64,000 bases of DNA from Candidatus Parvarchaeum sp. (GCA_020724955.1 DYFY01000005.1:452-64451), one strand, 5' to 3'. Shown: positions 53,317-63,160, numbered from the stretch's first letter. The notes: generated by a model not told the origin, from the letters alone. Made by a program: numbers and translations.

Positions 53317-55472
53317 GAAAGTATTCCTCCTAAAGATATCACTGCCAGAAGGCTTAACGAAATTATTGATATAAAAGCAGTAATTGTGTAAAGCAGGATT
53401 CCATGTTTCAGGTTTTTTGCCAGTTCGTGTTTTTCTTTGAGAGTGTCCTGCCCTGAATCTACTGTGACCAAAGTTTTTGACAGAATAAAAATTATCTCTA
53501 TTATGTATATTCCTACTGATATCTGAATAAAATACGGGGGAATCATTGAAGCCACATCAAAGAAGCTTGTTATGTTAACTATTGAGAATGCGCCAAGCTG
53601 CTGATTTCCGAGGCCCTGGGAAGTAAGAGCCTGAAGGGTGTTAAGTATAAGAGTTATCATTGTTGAAAGCCCGACGACTATCCCTGCCAGCAACGGAGCC
53701 AGAAAGACCATATTTGACTTCATGTCTGAAACTATTTCGGCGAGCAGGTCTTTAAGGCGCTCGTTTATTTTCTGTATGTTTTTTATATACTCTGAGATAG
53801 ACATCAATGATCTGGCTGCAACCTGCAGACCTTTTTTTACTGATTCAACGAGAATTTTCATACTTGTTGCTATGAGGGGGGATGGAAAAGAAAGAATGGC
53901 CCCTCTTTTTTTGTTAAATATGGCTTCTTCCAAAGACATTCCGAGCTGTTGGATGTTTTGGTTTACAATAGAAAAGAAGTGTTGTGTTTTTTGTCCTTGT
54001 GTTGTTGAAGCAACTTTTGCGAAAGCTATTTCTGCAGGAGTTCCGTCTCCCAAGCGGTTTCCAAGCTGAAACAATGAGTTGGTGAATTCGGCTTCTAGTT
54101 CTTTTGTGTCTTCGCGGGATTTTATCAAAGAAGAGGTTTTCATCCTGTATGAGATTGCAAAAAAGAAAGCTATTGAAAGAGGGATTAAAAGGCTGAGAAG
54201 AACGGCCAGCAGACCAAACGGACCTACTGTTCCTGCTGAAGAAGATTTAAAATCAAAAAGCATTAGATTTGAGACAAGCGGAATTCCTAAGTTTTCAAAA
54301 GTGTAGTCTTTCTGCAGATTAAATGCAGAGACGAAAAAATCCGACTGAAACAGAAAAGGAGCGAATCCTATGAGAATCAGGGGAGAGACCAGAATAAAGG
54401 AGAGTGCCCATGGAGTTTTTGACCTAAACCTGTAATATTCCGGGTTCAATTCTATTACAGATGACTCTCCATGGCCTCCGGGGCGTTTCAGCAGAACCTC
54501 TGAAGCCATATAAAAAACAAAGAAGGGTATTATGACGTTAAAAAGAATGAAGACGTGTTGCCATTGTATCAGGCCTCCGAGAAGGGTTGATGCCAACGGA
54601 AGAAGAGCTAAACCAAGAGTGGGGAGTATTATTCCGAGCATATAGATGTTTGTCAAGGGGCTTCTTATTGATCTGGAAAAGCGAAGCATTTTTTCGTAAA
54701 CGCCGTCCAGAATTACCTGAAGGGATTTTTCCAAAATCTGAACGCGTCTTGATTCAGAGGGTTCAAAAAGAGAGGACTCTATTAGATGGAATGCCTCAAC
54801 AAATTCGGGGGCATAGTCGCGCCATGTTTCCAGATAGTTGTCCAGCGATTGCTTGAGTGTTGAGAATTTTGATGTTTCCACGTCGTAGAATATTTTTCTG
54901 AAATCCAGCGAGAGCGGAGGGGCGAGATTTTTCGCTGCAAATTCTATGGCTCTTTCGAGGTTTGATGTGTGCTTCATGTAAACTACAACATAGAGAATTG
55001 CGGGCACCATCTGCGAGGAAGCTTTTAATCTCCAAATATTTGCAAGGCGCTTCGGCATTGTGTATGCGTAATAGAACACAAAAACACTTGTTGTGAGCCC
55101 GAGAAAAACAAGAAGCAACGGAAGCGAGCCTGTAATCAGAAATATAGCTGCGGATATGGATAGGGTAAGGAAAAAAATCAGAATCATTGAGAATACTGCC
55201 AGAGACATGGCTTCTGCGGGAGAAACTTCTAGATGGGCTATTCTCAGAGAGCGCTCTATTTTTGAGCTTTCTTTAGGCGAGAGTTTTATTTTCAGCAAAC
55301 TGCCGAGGGTTTTTGTCCAGCGCTCATAATTAGAAAGCTGGGGGAGCATGTCTTTTTTAAACTGCAAATATTCTTTTGATGACCCATAATCATCCATAGG
55401 GTTTTGGTAGAGCTGAGACTCTATTTTTGCTCCGTATTTGCGCAGAATTTCATCTGTTGTCAGATTAGACAT
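53313..55472 (-). CDS. FlaJ/TadC/PilC-like polytopic platform protein
   Basis: 719 aa. Alternating cytoplasmic helical domains and TM bundles. Lies in the locus with the ATPase, pilins and peptidase. Confidence 0.65.
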   Translation of the reverse strand: MSNLTTDEILRKYGAKIESQLYQNPMDDYGSSKEYLQFKKDMLPQLSNYERWTKTLGSLLKIKLSPKESSKIERSLRIAHLEVSPAEAMSLAVFSMILIFFLTLSISAAIFLITGSLPLLLVFLGLTTSVFVFYYAYTMPKRLANIWRLKASSQMVPAILYVVVYMKHTSNLERAIEFAAKNLAPPLSLDFRKIFYDVETSKFSTLKQSLDNYLETWRDYAPEFVEAFHLIESSLFEPSESRRVQILEKSLQVILDGVYEKMLRFSRSIRSPLTNIYMLGIILPTLGLALLPLASTLLGGLIQWQHVFILFNVIIPFFVFYMASEVLLKRPGGHGESSVIELNPEYYRFRSKTPWALSFILVSPLILIGFAPFLFQSDFFVSAFNLQKDYTFENLGIPLVSNLMLFDFKSSSAGTVGPFGLLAVLLSLLIPLSIAFFFAISYRMKTSSLIKSREDTKELEAEFTNSLFQLGNRLGDGTPAEIAFAKVASTTQGQKTQHFFSIVNQNIQQLGMSLEEAIFNKKRGAILSFPSPLIATSMKILVESVKKGLQVAARSLMSISEYIKNIQKINERLKDLLAEIVSDMKSNMVFLAPLLAGIVVGLSTMITLILNTLQALTSQGLGNQQLGAFSIVNITSFFDVASMIPPYFIQISVGIYIIEIIFILSKTLVTVDSGQDTLKEKHELAKNLKHGILLYTITAFISIISLSLLAVISLGGILS

Positions 55473-55559
55473 TTTACCTCTTATTTATACGTTAGACTGG
55501 AAAAGGAAAGTTATAAATCTAACCACATAATTTATAACTTTGTGAAAATTAGGATTCAG

Positions 55560-55712
55560 ATGAAAAAAAAGGGGCAACTTTGGGATACTCTGATTCCATG
55601 GATTATCGGGATAGCTGTGTTGATTCTTGTAATTTTGATATATGTCCTGCTTGATGAAAGAGGGCGGGGCGCAATTGAGTTTTTTAAGAACCTGCTGAGG
55701 TTTGGAAGATGA
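55560..55712 (+). CDS. Mini prepilin-like protein (50 aa)
   Basis: MKKKG/QLWDTLIPWIIGIAVLILVILIYVLL. Confidence 0.55.
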   Translation: MKKKGQLWDTLIPWIIGIAVLILVILIYVLLDERGRGAIEFFKNLLRFGR

Positions 55713-56527
55713 ACAGGAAGGGAATAGCTGTCAGCGAAATGCCTAAGATGTTAATAGCTCTTATTGTTATGGCCGGAGTTATTATTGCTGTAGGGCTTAT
55801 GCTCGGATTTGGACCCGAGGGAATCGGAAACAAATTTGACATATTTTTTCAGAATTTCAACGAGGATGTTGAAGAAAAGGATAGCATAGTCTTCAGGTAT
55901 GACATTTTTTCTGGAGAAGTTAAGTATCTTGATGCAGACTGGAAAGATTTCCCTAAAGATAATGGTGCTGTCAGACTGGAAAGATTTGAATTTACTGAAG
56001 ACCAAATTAAGAAGGATTTTATTGCCTATTACTCTGGTGAAAGGGAAGATGTTGAAATTGTTTTGAGCGAGGGTGCTAGATTTGTTCTTCTTGATTCTGC
56101 GAGTGCTGCACTTTTTGAAGATGAACTAAAAGTTATTTTCCATACATTTCGAAGGAGTGCTAGCAACCAAGCTCAATTGAAGAGTTCTCAAAATCCTTTA
56201 GTAATAGGCTTTTACGGAGCTGCTTTTCCTGGGCAGAAAGGCATATACTCGACTAAGAGATGGGAGATGGTAGTGGATTATAATGGAGAAATTTTTGTTG
56301 ATAAAAATCCAATTGGATGGCCAGGAGAGCATGTATATGAGATAATTGAAAAAAGAACCATTGCCGAAGAATTTGACAAACTTCCTCAGGAAGATTATGA
56401 TCTGATTGTCAAGACTGCGGAGGAATTTAGAAACAGCGTTCTCGATGATAAGATAAGCCTTACAGGAGCTGGAGATTATGATGTTGATTTAATAGACAAT
56501 TTTTTGGTGGTAAGGGTAAATGAATAA
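55709..56527 (+). CDS. Prepilin-like protein
   Basis: MNRKG/IAVSEMPKMLIALIVMAGVIIAVGL. ATGA overlap with the previous gene. Confidence 0.65.
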   Translation: MNRKGIAVSEMPKMLIALIVMAGVIIAVGLMLGFGPEGIGNKFDIFFQNFNEDVEEKDSIVFRYDIFSGEVKYLDADWKDFPKDNGAVRLERFEFTEDQIKKDFIAYYSGEREDVEIVLSEGARFVLLDSASAALFEDELKVIFHTFRRSASNQAQLKSSQNPLVIGFYGAAFPGQKGIYSTKRWEMVVDYNGEIFVDKNPIGWPGEHVYEIIEKRTIAEEFDKLPQEDYDLIVKTAEEFRNSVLDDKISLTGAGDYDVDLIDNFLVVRVNE

Positions 56528-56633
56528 AAAAGCAGTTTTTGGAGACTCGTTAGCGGGATGGATTTTGCTAATAGCGTTTTTTATTCTCGCTTTGGGAGCT
56601 GTTTATTTTTTACTAAAGCAGATTGGAGGATGA
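56520..56633 (+). CDS. Mini prepilin-like protein (37 aa)
   Basis: MNKKA/VFGDSLAGWILLIAFFILALGAVYFLLKQIGG*. Below the ORF-track cutoff. Overlaps the previous stop. Confidence 0.45.
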   Translation: MNKKAVFGDSLAGWILLIAFFILALGAVYFLLKQIGG

Positions 56634-56667
56634 AAATATTATAAACAGAGATTGTCTTGATTTTAAG

Positions 56668-57702
56668 ATGAAGGAAAAAAGAGGAGAGGTGAGTTCTTTT
56701 CAGGTGATTACTATAGTGCTTTCGATTGTCGGACTTTTTTTTCTTTTGGGGTTTTTGTATTTTGCTTTTGGAGATTCTGGGCAAGCCGGGAGCAGAGAAG
56801 CATGCAAGCTTTCTGTTGTGGCGAGAGCGACTGCTCTTGATGAACTGCAGGCGACAGTTCCTTTGAAGTGCACTACAGAAAAAATCTGCATTACAGGCAA
56901 ATTATTCGGTGGAGAGTGCGGGCAGTTTGCCGGAGAGGAAAATGTAAGAACAGTCAGATTGCCGAGAGATGTAAAAGAAGCAGCGAGAATTATTGAAAGA
57001 GAGTCTGCTAACGCGATGTTTGATTGTTGGAATATGATGGGGCAGGGAAAGTTGGATTTGTTCGGGAAGTTTCCTGAAAAAATTTTCGGCAGCGGCGGAG
57101 AAGCTACATGCGTGATTTGCAGCAGGATTGCAATCGCAGAAGATGTGCAGGAAAGGGAAAATTATCAAGAAATTCTAGATGAGATAGATTTGAACAGATA
57201 TCTTTCCAATGAAAATGTTCCGGGAACGGGGAAGAGTTATTGGAATACTATTGTTGATGACAGCTTTAATGTTGCTCCTTCTATAGAAAATTTGAATTTA
57301 GCTCCAAACGAAGATAAAACTATAAAAATTTCCGGGATTAGCGATAATCAGATTGCTTTTGTATTTTCTCAAGTTAGGGCTATTAAAGTAGAAGATGCTC
57401 TAAAAAATTTTGTGGGGATTGCTGTAGGAGGCAGTGTCGGACTTGGAGGGTTAAAAGCTGTTAAATTTTTGTTGTTAACTCCGCAAGGGCTTGTAACCAC
57501 GGCGGTTGTTGGAGGGATACCTTTGGCAGCGGTCGGATTCAATGCCTATGAAGGAAGGAGCGCAGCCGCTGCATATTGCGGACCATTTACTTCTGCGGCA
57601 GAGAGCGAAGACAGAAACGGATGTTCTTTAGTTCAGGCAGTCAATTACAATGTGCAAGATATCAATTCAGTCTGCAAGGGAGGAATTCAGGGAGCTCCAT
57701 GA
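56668..57702 (+). CDS. Prepilin-like protein, Cys-rich globular domain
   Basis: MKEKRG/EVSSFQVITIVLSIVGLFFLL. Many Cys residues in the body. Confidence 0.65.
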   Translation: MKEKRGEVSSFQVITIVLSIVGLFFLLGFLYFAFGDSGQAGSREACKLSVVARATALDELQATVPLKCTTEKICITGKLFGGECGQFAGEENVRTVRLPRDVKEAARIIERESANAMFDCWNMMGQGKLDLFGKFPEKIFGSGGEATCVICSRIAIAEDVQERENYQEILDEIDLNRYLSNENVPGTGKSYWNTIVDDSFNVAPSIENLNLAPNEDKTIKISGISDNQIAFVFSQVRAIKVEDALKNFVGIAVGGSVGLGGLKAVKFLLLTPQGLVTTAVVGGIPLAAVGFNAYEGRSAAAAYCGPFTSAAESEDRNGCSLVQAVNYNVQDINSVCKGGIQGAP

Positions 57703-58328
57703 GTTTTAAAAGAGGAGAGTTTTCGGCAGAAATAGTTTCTATTGTAATTGCTGCGATAGGAATAATAATTATTTTAGGAGTTGCGGGAGTCATTCTTTAT
57801 TCAAATTTTACCGAGGAGCAGAGGGCTGCGAAAAAGACCATTGAGAGCATTGTTGGAAAAATTAAAAACTTGAAAGACGGAGAAACGGGAAGATTTGCTG
57901 TTCAGGGATTTAAGAATTCAGAAAACTGGTATTTAGTCGGATTTGATTCAAGAGATTCTTTGGATGACAAGCCAGGAAGGTGCGCTTTTGAGAGTTGTAT
58001 TTGTATTTGTGATTTTAATAATGAAGGCATTCAGCTTCCTGCTTCAAGACAAGTATTGGTTGATTCCTGCCAAAATAATGGGTTTTGCAGATTTTTTGAT
58101 AACAAGGATGTTCTTATTAAGGATAGCTCTCTTAAAATTTCCGGAGGGATACCTTATAAAAAATGTATATCTCTCAGAGAAAGTTTGCAAGAGTTGATAG
58201 TTTTGAAAAATGAGACTAAAATTATTATCACAAAAGGATATGACATAAGCTCCCCATCTATCAGTGATGAAGGAGATTATTTCCATTTTGAAGAGTGTTA
58301 TCATGGAGCATGGGATGCTGCCAGCTAA
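57699..58328 (+). CDS. Prepilin-like protein, Cys-rich
   Basis: MSFKRG/EFSAEIVSIVIAAIGIIIIL. CAFESCICICDF and DSCQNNGFC motifs. ATGA overlap with the previous gene. Confidence 0.65.
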   Translation: MSFKRGEFSAEIVSIVIAAIGIIIILGVAGVILYSNFTEEQRAAKKTIESIVGKIKNLKDGETGRFAVQGFKNSENWYLVGFDSRDSLDDKPGRCAFESCICICDFNNEGIQLPASRQVLVDSCQNNGFCRFFDNKDVLIKDSSLKISGGIPYKKCISLRESLQELIVLKNETKIIITKGYDISSPSISDEGDYFHFEECYHGAWDAAS

Positions 58329-58373
58329 TGATTTTTTAGTTAGCTTTATATTTCTTAGAAAGCTATTTAGTTT

Positions 58374-58793
58374 ATGAATAAAAGAGCGGAGAGCAGTGAT
58401 TTGCTTCAGTGGACTGTTATTTATGTTGTGATTTTTTTGGTGTTTTTTGCAGGGGCTTATTTTATCATTGACAGGAATTTTGACAATGCCGGATTTTGGG
58501 AGGAATTTTATGCCAAGGAAATAGCGAGAGTTATTAATTTTGCTGAATCCGGGGATGTAGTGATGCTGGATGTTACTAGAGCAACGAGAATAGCTGCTAA
58601 AAACGGAAAGAATGCCGGAAATGCGGATGAGGTTTTTAAGTTTGATGAGGAAGCAGGCGAGGTAATAATAAGCCTAAGGCAGTCTGGAGGGACAGGGTAC
58701 AGCTATCTGAGCGATAAAAAAATTGAAAGCTACAGAGTGGAATTGGTTTCGGGGGAAATAAACAAAGACAGATTAATTTTGGTGATAAAATGA
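58374..58793 (+). CDS. Prepilin-like protein
   Basis: MNKRA/ESSDLLQWTVIYVVIFLVFFAGAY. Confidence 0.6.
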   Translation: MNKRAESSDLLQWTVIYVVIFLVFFAGAYFIIDRNFDNAGFWEEFYAKEIARVINFAESGDVVMLDVTRATRIAAKNGKNAGNADEVFKFDEEAGEVIISLRQSGGTGYSYLSDKKIESYRVELVSGEINKDRLILVIK

Positions 58794-59263
58794 TTGTCAA
58801 AATGAATAAAAAGGGAGACGGAGGGGATGTTATGATGTTTTTTGCATTTTTATTTTTGATTATTATTATTTTGACAGGTTTGTGGCTTGGAATATTTGCT
58901 TTTTTTGGCGACGGATATGATTTTAGAAGAGCAGAAGCGGAAATAATGGCTGACAAGATTTCTAACTGCTTTGGAGAAAAAGGAATTTCCAAATTGCTGG
59001 AAGGAAGTTTTACGGAACAGCTAAAAAGAGAGTGCGGGTTCAATGACAATATCGAAAAGGAAAGATTGGTTTATTTAAGAAATCTTGAAGATGAAACTGA
59101 GCGGTTTGCAGGAGTTTTGGATTATAAAAACCAGTGCTTTTTTGAGGGAGCTGAAAGGAATAGGAACTACCCTGTATGCGTAAAGTTTGAATTTTCCAAT
59201 GGCGAAGAGAGGTTTGAAGTTATTACGGGAAGCAAAGCCAATGAGAGGAGGAGAGCAGCGTGA
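58790..59263 (+). CDS. Prepilin-like protein
   Basis: MNKKG/DGGDVMMFFAFLFLIIIIL, using the alternative ATG at 58802. The ATG at 58790 overlaps the previous stop. Confidence 0.6.
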   Translation: MIVKMNKKGDGGDVMMFFAFLFLIIIILTGLWLGIFAFFGDGYDFRRAEAEIMADKISNCFGEKGISKLLEGSFTEQLKRECGFNDNIEKERLVYLRNLEDETERFAGVLDYKNQCFFEGAERNRNYPVCVKFEFSNGEERFEVITGSKANERRRAA

Positions 59264-59271
59264 ATTTTTAT

Positions 59272-59814
59272 ATGGAGAAGCGGGGAAAGACAGGACAGAT
59301 AATAACAACTATTCCAGTCATGATTTTGATTTTTATTATCATGGGTATTTTTGTTCTGTTGTCGGCGAGTATTTTTCAGCTGAAGAAGGCAGAGAACAAA
59401 GTTCCTGACAAAATTGTGGCTGAGAGTTTCAAAGACTCTTTTCTTCTAGAAGAGATTGAAATAGAAGGTGAGAAGATTTTATTGTTTGATTTTATTGCTG
59501 ATATTGAGGGCGTTGAAGAAAGAGATTTCGCCAGAGGGATTTTGAAAGGGTATTTTGAGAAGACTGCCGAGGATGGGGAATGCATGTTTTTAATGCTTCA
59601 ATCTGGAAGCTTCAGAAATGAGCTTGCAGAATTCAAAAAGGAAAATGGAGAAGTCTCTGATTTTGGATTGTTAAAAAATGATGACAGCAGATTTATTTTT
59701 CACGACTTGTATGAGCTAGGGGGATATATGAAAGAAATAAGGGCAGATTTTGGGAAAAGCGACAGAAAAATCTCTTATTATTACGGGGAGTGCCTGGAGG
59801 TTGTGTATGAATAA
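59272..59814 (+). CDS. Prepilin-like protein
   Basis: MEKRG/KTGQIITTIPVMILIFIIMGIF. The track start at 59260 is a GTG. Confidence 0.6.
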   Translation: MEKRGKTGQIITTIPVMILIFIIMGIFVLLSASIFQLKKAENKVPDKIVAESFKDSFLLEEIEIEGEKILLFDFIADIEGVEERDFARGILKGYFEKTAEDGECMFLMLQSGSFRNELAEFKKENGEVSDFGLLKNDDSRFIFHDLYELGGYMKEIRADFGKSDRKISYYYGECLEVVYE

Positions 59815-60304
59815 CAGCAGAATGGACAAAAGAGGGCATGTCCCGACGTTTCTTCTATTGATAGGGGCTATTGTGCTTGTTGTTTCCGCTTTGTTCAGCT
59901 TTGCTATCTTTGAGAACAACTCTGAAGAACTATCTTCAGAAATTTCGGATATGGTAAGAGAAGTGGAGTTTAAACAGGCATATGTTGAAAAGATTTTGGA
60001 GCTAGCGGTTAACGAGGCTGTTTTAGAGGCGGAAGAACAGGATTTTGTTGAAAGTTTTAAAAGAAAATTCCTGAGTGAAGTGGCTTCAAGGAATCCTGGA
60101 GATGACAGGTTTGGGAATTTTTTTGTCAAGATAGAGAGAGGAGAGTTTGGAGTTTACGAAGAGCCAGAGCGAGAGGGGGTTTATTCAATAGAGATTAGAG
60201 AAATTTTTGTTGACAGCGCATTCGGCGTCAATGAGATGAGAAGATATTTTAACTTGGAGGCGAGATTTAATAAAGAAGGGATTTTGGATGATGCAAACCC
60301 TTGA
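59807..60304 (+). CDS. Prepilin-like protein
   Basis: MDKRG/HVPTFLLLIGAIVLVVSALF, using the alternative ATG at 59822. The ATG at 59807 overlaps the previous gene. Confidence 0.6.
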   Translation: MNNSRMDKRGHVPTFLLLIGAIVLVVSALFSFAIFENNSEELSSEISDMVREVEFKQAYVEKILELAVNEAVLEAEEQDFVESFKRKFLSEVASRNPGDDRFGNFFVKIERGEFGVYEEPEREGVYSIEIREIFVDSAFGVNEMRRYFNLEARFNKEGILDDANP

Positions 60305-60409
60305 TAAATTGAATTTGCAGGGAGTTTATGTCAGATTGGGAATCTGGATTAATGTTGCAATAAGGTTTATAAATAAAGATGGCTTTGAGGGAATATGCTT
60401 AAAGGGGCG

Positions 60410-60853
60410 ATGAACAAGAAAGCGCAGGAGGGGCTTACTCTTACAACTTTGTTGCTTATTGTGCTTGGAGTTGTTGTTGTTGTTGTGATTATTTTAGGAG
60501 CTACAGGTGCTTTTGATTTTATTTTTGGAAAGATTGAAGTTCTTCCTGGACAGAGTTTAGAGAGTGCTGTGCAGTCTTGCAAGATAGCTGCTGAAAATAA
60601 TCTTAAGACTGATTTTTGTGTTAATTTGAAAAATGTAGAGCTTAATGGAAAAGAGCAGTATGTGACTTGCAATTATTTGAAGAAGGATTATTTAGGTGAA
60701 GTGGATGAAATTGATTGTGGAAGTCTTGCTCCAAATGTGAAAGAGTTTTGTGAGAGTAAGAAGCTTAAGGCAGGAAAGGATTTAGTCAATGGAGAACTTT
60801 GTCCTGAACAAAAGAGCCCAACTGGTGGAGCGCTAGGTCCTCCAGCTCCCTAA
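60410..60853 (+). CDS. Prepilin-like protein (last gene of the pilin operon, Cys-containing)
   Basis: MNKKA/QEGLTLTTLLLIVLGVVVVVVIIL. Confidence 0.65.
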   Translation: MNKKAQEGLTLTTLLLIVLGVVVVVVIILGATGAFDFIFGKIEVLPGQSLESAVQSCKIAAENNLKTDFCVNLKNVELNGKEQYVTCNYLKKDYLGEVDEIDCGSLAPNVKEFCESKKLKAGKDLVNGELCPEQKSPTGGALGPPAP

Positions 60854-61026
60854 TTAACTAGATTTTTAAAGACATAATTCTAAGTGTTGTTATGAGTGAT
60901 TATGGTTTTCCTGAAAAGCGCAGGAAAGGAAAGGACAAGAGAAGAGACAAGAAGAAACATCCCTACAGGAGAGGCGGGAAGTTTCGAGCTGGAAATGTAA
61001 GGGAAAGCGGCAAGGATTAAGTTTAT

Positions 61027-61275
61027 ATGTTGGTTATGCATAAGTTATATATGGATGAATCAACAATTCTTTTGAAGAAAGATGTGATAATTTTGCTTAA
61101 GCAAGCTAAAGACAGCCCCCGACAGACGTATAATGAATTGCTTCGAAAGGTCCTTAGTTTGTATCTCCAAATGAAGAAGGCAGATGAATATGATAAATTT
61201 CTACATGAGATACAAAAGTCCAAGATGAGAGAGGTTTGGGATAATAAATATGATGAAATATGGGAAAAAGTATAG
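61027..61275 (+). CDS. Antitoxin-like protein (MazE/PemI position)
   Basis: Overlaps the downstream MazF-like gene. C-terminal tail REVWDNKYDEIWEKV. The ATG at 61051 is an alternative start. Confidence 0.55.
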   Translation: MLVMHKLYMDESTILLKKDVIILLKQAKDSPRQTYNELLRKVLSLYLQMKKADEYDKFLHEIQKSKMREVWDNKYDEIWEKV

Positions 61276-61570
61276 TTTTGGAGATGTTATCCTGACCGAG
61301 GTTCAGTTTACAGACACTTTTGAATTAAGGACAAAGCCTGCAGTAGTGCTTTTTGAGGAATTCAATAACATTGTGGCGGCAGCCATTACGAGCAACCCTC
61401 ACATGAAAGGAATCCCTCTTACTGAAGAAGAGGGCATGATTCAAGACAGCATAATAAAACTAAACTATATCTTTACTATTTCCGAAAAGATGGTTAAAAA
61501 AGAGTTGTTTTCTCTGTCTAAGAGAAAAAAAGAAATTGTAAAGAGAGAACTTATTAAGAGATTTGCATGA
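61250..61570 (+). CDS. mazF: MazF/PemK-family toxin
   Basis: GDVILTEVQFTD...RTKPAVVL...ITSN pattern typical of PemK-like folds. Confidence 0.7.
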   Translation: MMKYGKKYSFGDVILTEVQFTDTFELRTKPAVVLFEEFNNIVAAAITSNPHMKGIPLTEEEGMIQDSIIKLNYIFTISEKMVKKELFSLSKRKKEIVKRELIKRFA

Positions 61571-62400
61571 TGGAAGAATATATATTTTTATTTGCTCTGG
61601 CTTTTGTCTGGATAATTTTCGCGATTGTGCAGGATTTTAGAACTCGGGAGGTTTCCAACTGGCTGAACTTCAGCCTGATTGCTTTTGTTCTTGCTTACAG
61701 AGCATTTTATGCGGTTATACATAAAGAGTTTGGCTTTTTTATTTTAGGGGTTTTCGGGGTGTTGCTTTTTGTTGGACTGGCTTATGCTTTATATTATGGA
61801 AGGGCTTTTGCAGGCGGCGATGCAAAACTTCTTATGGGACTTGGCGGAATATTGCCATATCAAGGAGTTTTTGATGTTTTTTATTACGGAATAGCTTTTG
61901 TTTTTATTTTGTTTTTGGCTGGTGCAATTTATAGCCTGATTTACACTATTTATCTGGCATGGAAAAATTGGAAGCCATTTTCGGCTGAGTTTAAAGAGAG
62001 GTTTGTTTTCAGCAAGAACTATGTTATCGTTTGCTTGGTTTTAGCTATTCTGCTGCAGGCAGCGATTTACAATTTTGATTTTCCTGATTTTTTTGGCCTG
62101 TTGTCTTTGATGATTGCAATACTTCCTGTGCTTTATATTTATACCAAGGCTGTTGAAGCGGGCTGTTTGGTTGTCTGGAAAACTCCGGGAGAGCTGCAGG
62201 AGGGAGACTGGCTTGAGAGAGAGGTTATTGTTTCAGGAAAAAAGATAAAGAAGAGCGTTCATGGGCTTAGCAAAAGAGAAATTGAATTTTTGAAAAAACA
62301 CAAGACAAAGGTGCTGATAAAGGAAGGCATTCCATTCACTCCTGCCTTTTTAATTGCTTTGTTAGTTGGGGTTTGGATTTGGATGAAGTTTTTTTCCTGA
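61567..62400 (+). CDS. A24-family prepilin/preflagellin peptidase (PibD/FlaK-like)
   Basis: First Asp context IVQDFRTREVSN and second Asp context FAGGDAKLLMG. Polytopic. Confidence 0.8.
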   Translation: MMEEYIFLFALAFVWIIFAIVQDFRTREVSNWLNFSLIAFVLAYRAFYAVIHKEFGFFILGVFGVLLFVGLAYALYYGRAFAGGDAKLLMGLGGILPYQGVFDVFYYGIAFVFILFLAGAIYSLIYTIYLAWKNWKPFSAEFKERFVFSKNYVIVCLVLAILLQAAIYNFDFPDFFGLLSLMIAILPVLYIYTKAVEAGCLVVWKTPGELQEGDWLEREVIVSGKKIKKSVHGLSKREIEFLKKHKTKVLIKEGIPFTPAFLIALLVGVWIWMKFFS

Positions 62401-62462
62401 TAATCTTATTCTTTGAAGTTGATTTTTATACTGGTATTTAAGGAATTTTGTTTAAGATAGTC

Positions 62463-63158
62463 TTATGAAACAAGATTTAAAGCTTCTCTTATTTTTTCTC
62501 TTTCTTCCAGAAGAATTTGAAGCCTTCTAGAAGTTATTTCTCCAATTTCGCATTGATTGAATGGAATTTTTCCAGCTATCCAAAATTCCGGAGCTTCAAA
62601 TTCTCCTTTTTTGTAATTTGAAAGTCTTTTTATTGAAGAATAATATTCTCCAAATACATATTTGGCTATTTCTGGATGTTTTTCTATTTTAAATTTTGGA
62701 TTCCACGCATTAACCTTAAATTTTCTATAAATATGAATAGGGCTCCAGAATTTTTGTTCCAAGGCAAATGATTTTTTTGCGGTTTGTTTAGAAATATTGA
62801 ATTTGAGGTATTGCCTTCCTATTTTGTTCGCCAAGAGCGGAAGCAGCCCAAGTTTTATCCAACCCCTTGGTAATTTTTCATCAAAGGCGAGTATGAATTT
62901 GTTTCTGTTAAAAAATTCATTAAAAAGCTGGTTTCTATACCTCAGCCTATTTTGGTATTTAGATTCGTAAGTTCGGGGTTTTTTTATTTTCTTGTCTTTT
63001 TGGAATTTTTTTATCTCTTTTTTATCTAGAATTACTTCTGGACAAATTTCTAATACAATATCATGCGTGTTAGTTTTTGAGAAGGAAGTATCGTTTATGT
63101 GACCTGTTAATTTAATTTGGTTTATGTGGGTGGAATAATGGTAAAATGTTTTTATCAT
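62463..63158 (-). CDS. Hypothetical basic protein
   Basis: 231 aa, Lys-rich. No motif recognised. Confidence 0.45.
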   Translation of the reverse strand: MIKTFYHYSTHINQIKLTGHINDTSFSKTNTHDIVLEICPEVILDKKEIKKFQKDKKIKKPRTYESKYQNRLRYRNQLFNEFFNRNKFILAFDEKLPRGWIKLGLLPLLANKIGRQYLKFNISKQTAKKSFALEQKFWSPIHIYRKFKVNAWNPKFKIEKHPEIAKYVFGEYYSSIKRLSNYKKGEFEAPEFWIAGKIPFNQCEIGEITSRRLQILLEEREKIREALNLVS

Positions 63159-63160
63159 TG

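Noticed and set aside
60892-61020. 42-aa extremely basic ORF (MSDYGFPEKRRKGKDKRRDKKKHPYRRGGKFRAGNVRESGKD*) between the pilin operon and the MazEF-like pair
   Set aside because: It could be a real small basic protein. However, it has no RBS or motif support that I can verify, and the composition could arise from purine-rich non-coding sequence. It is left unannotated.
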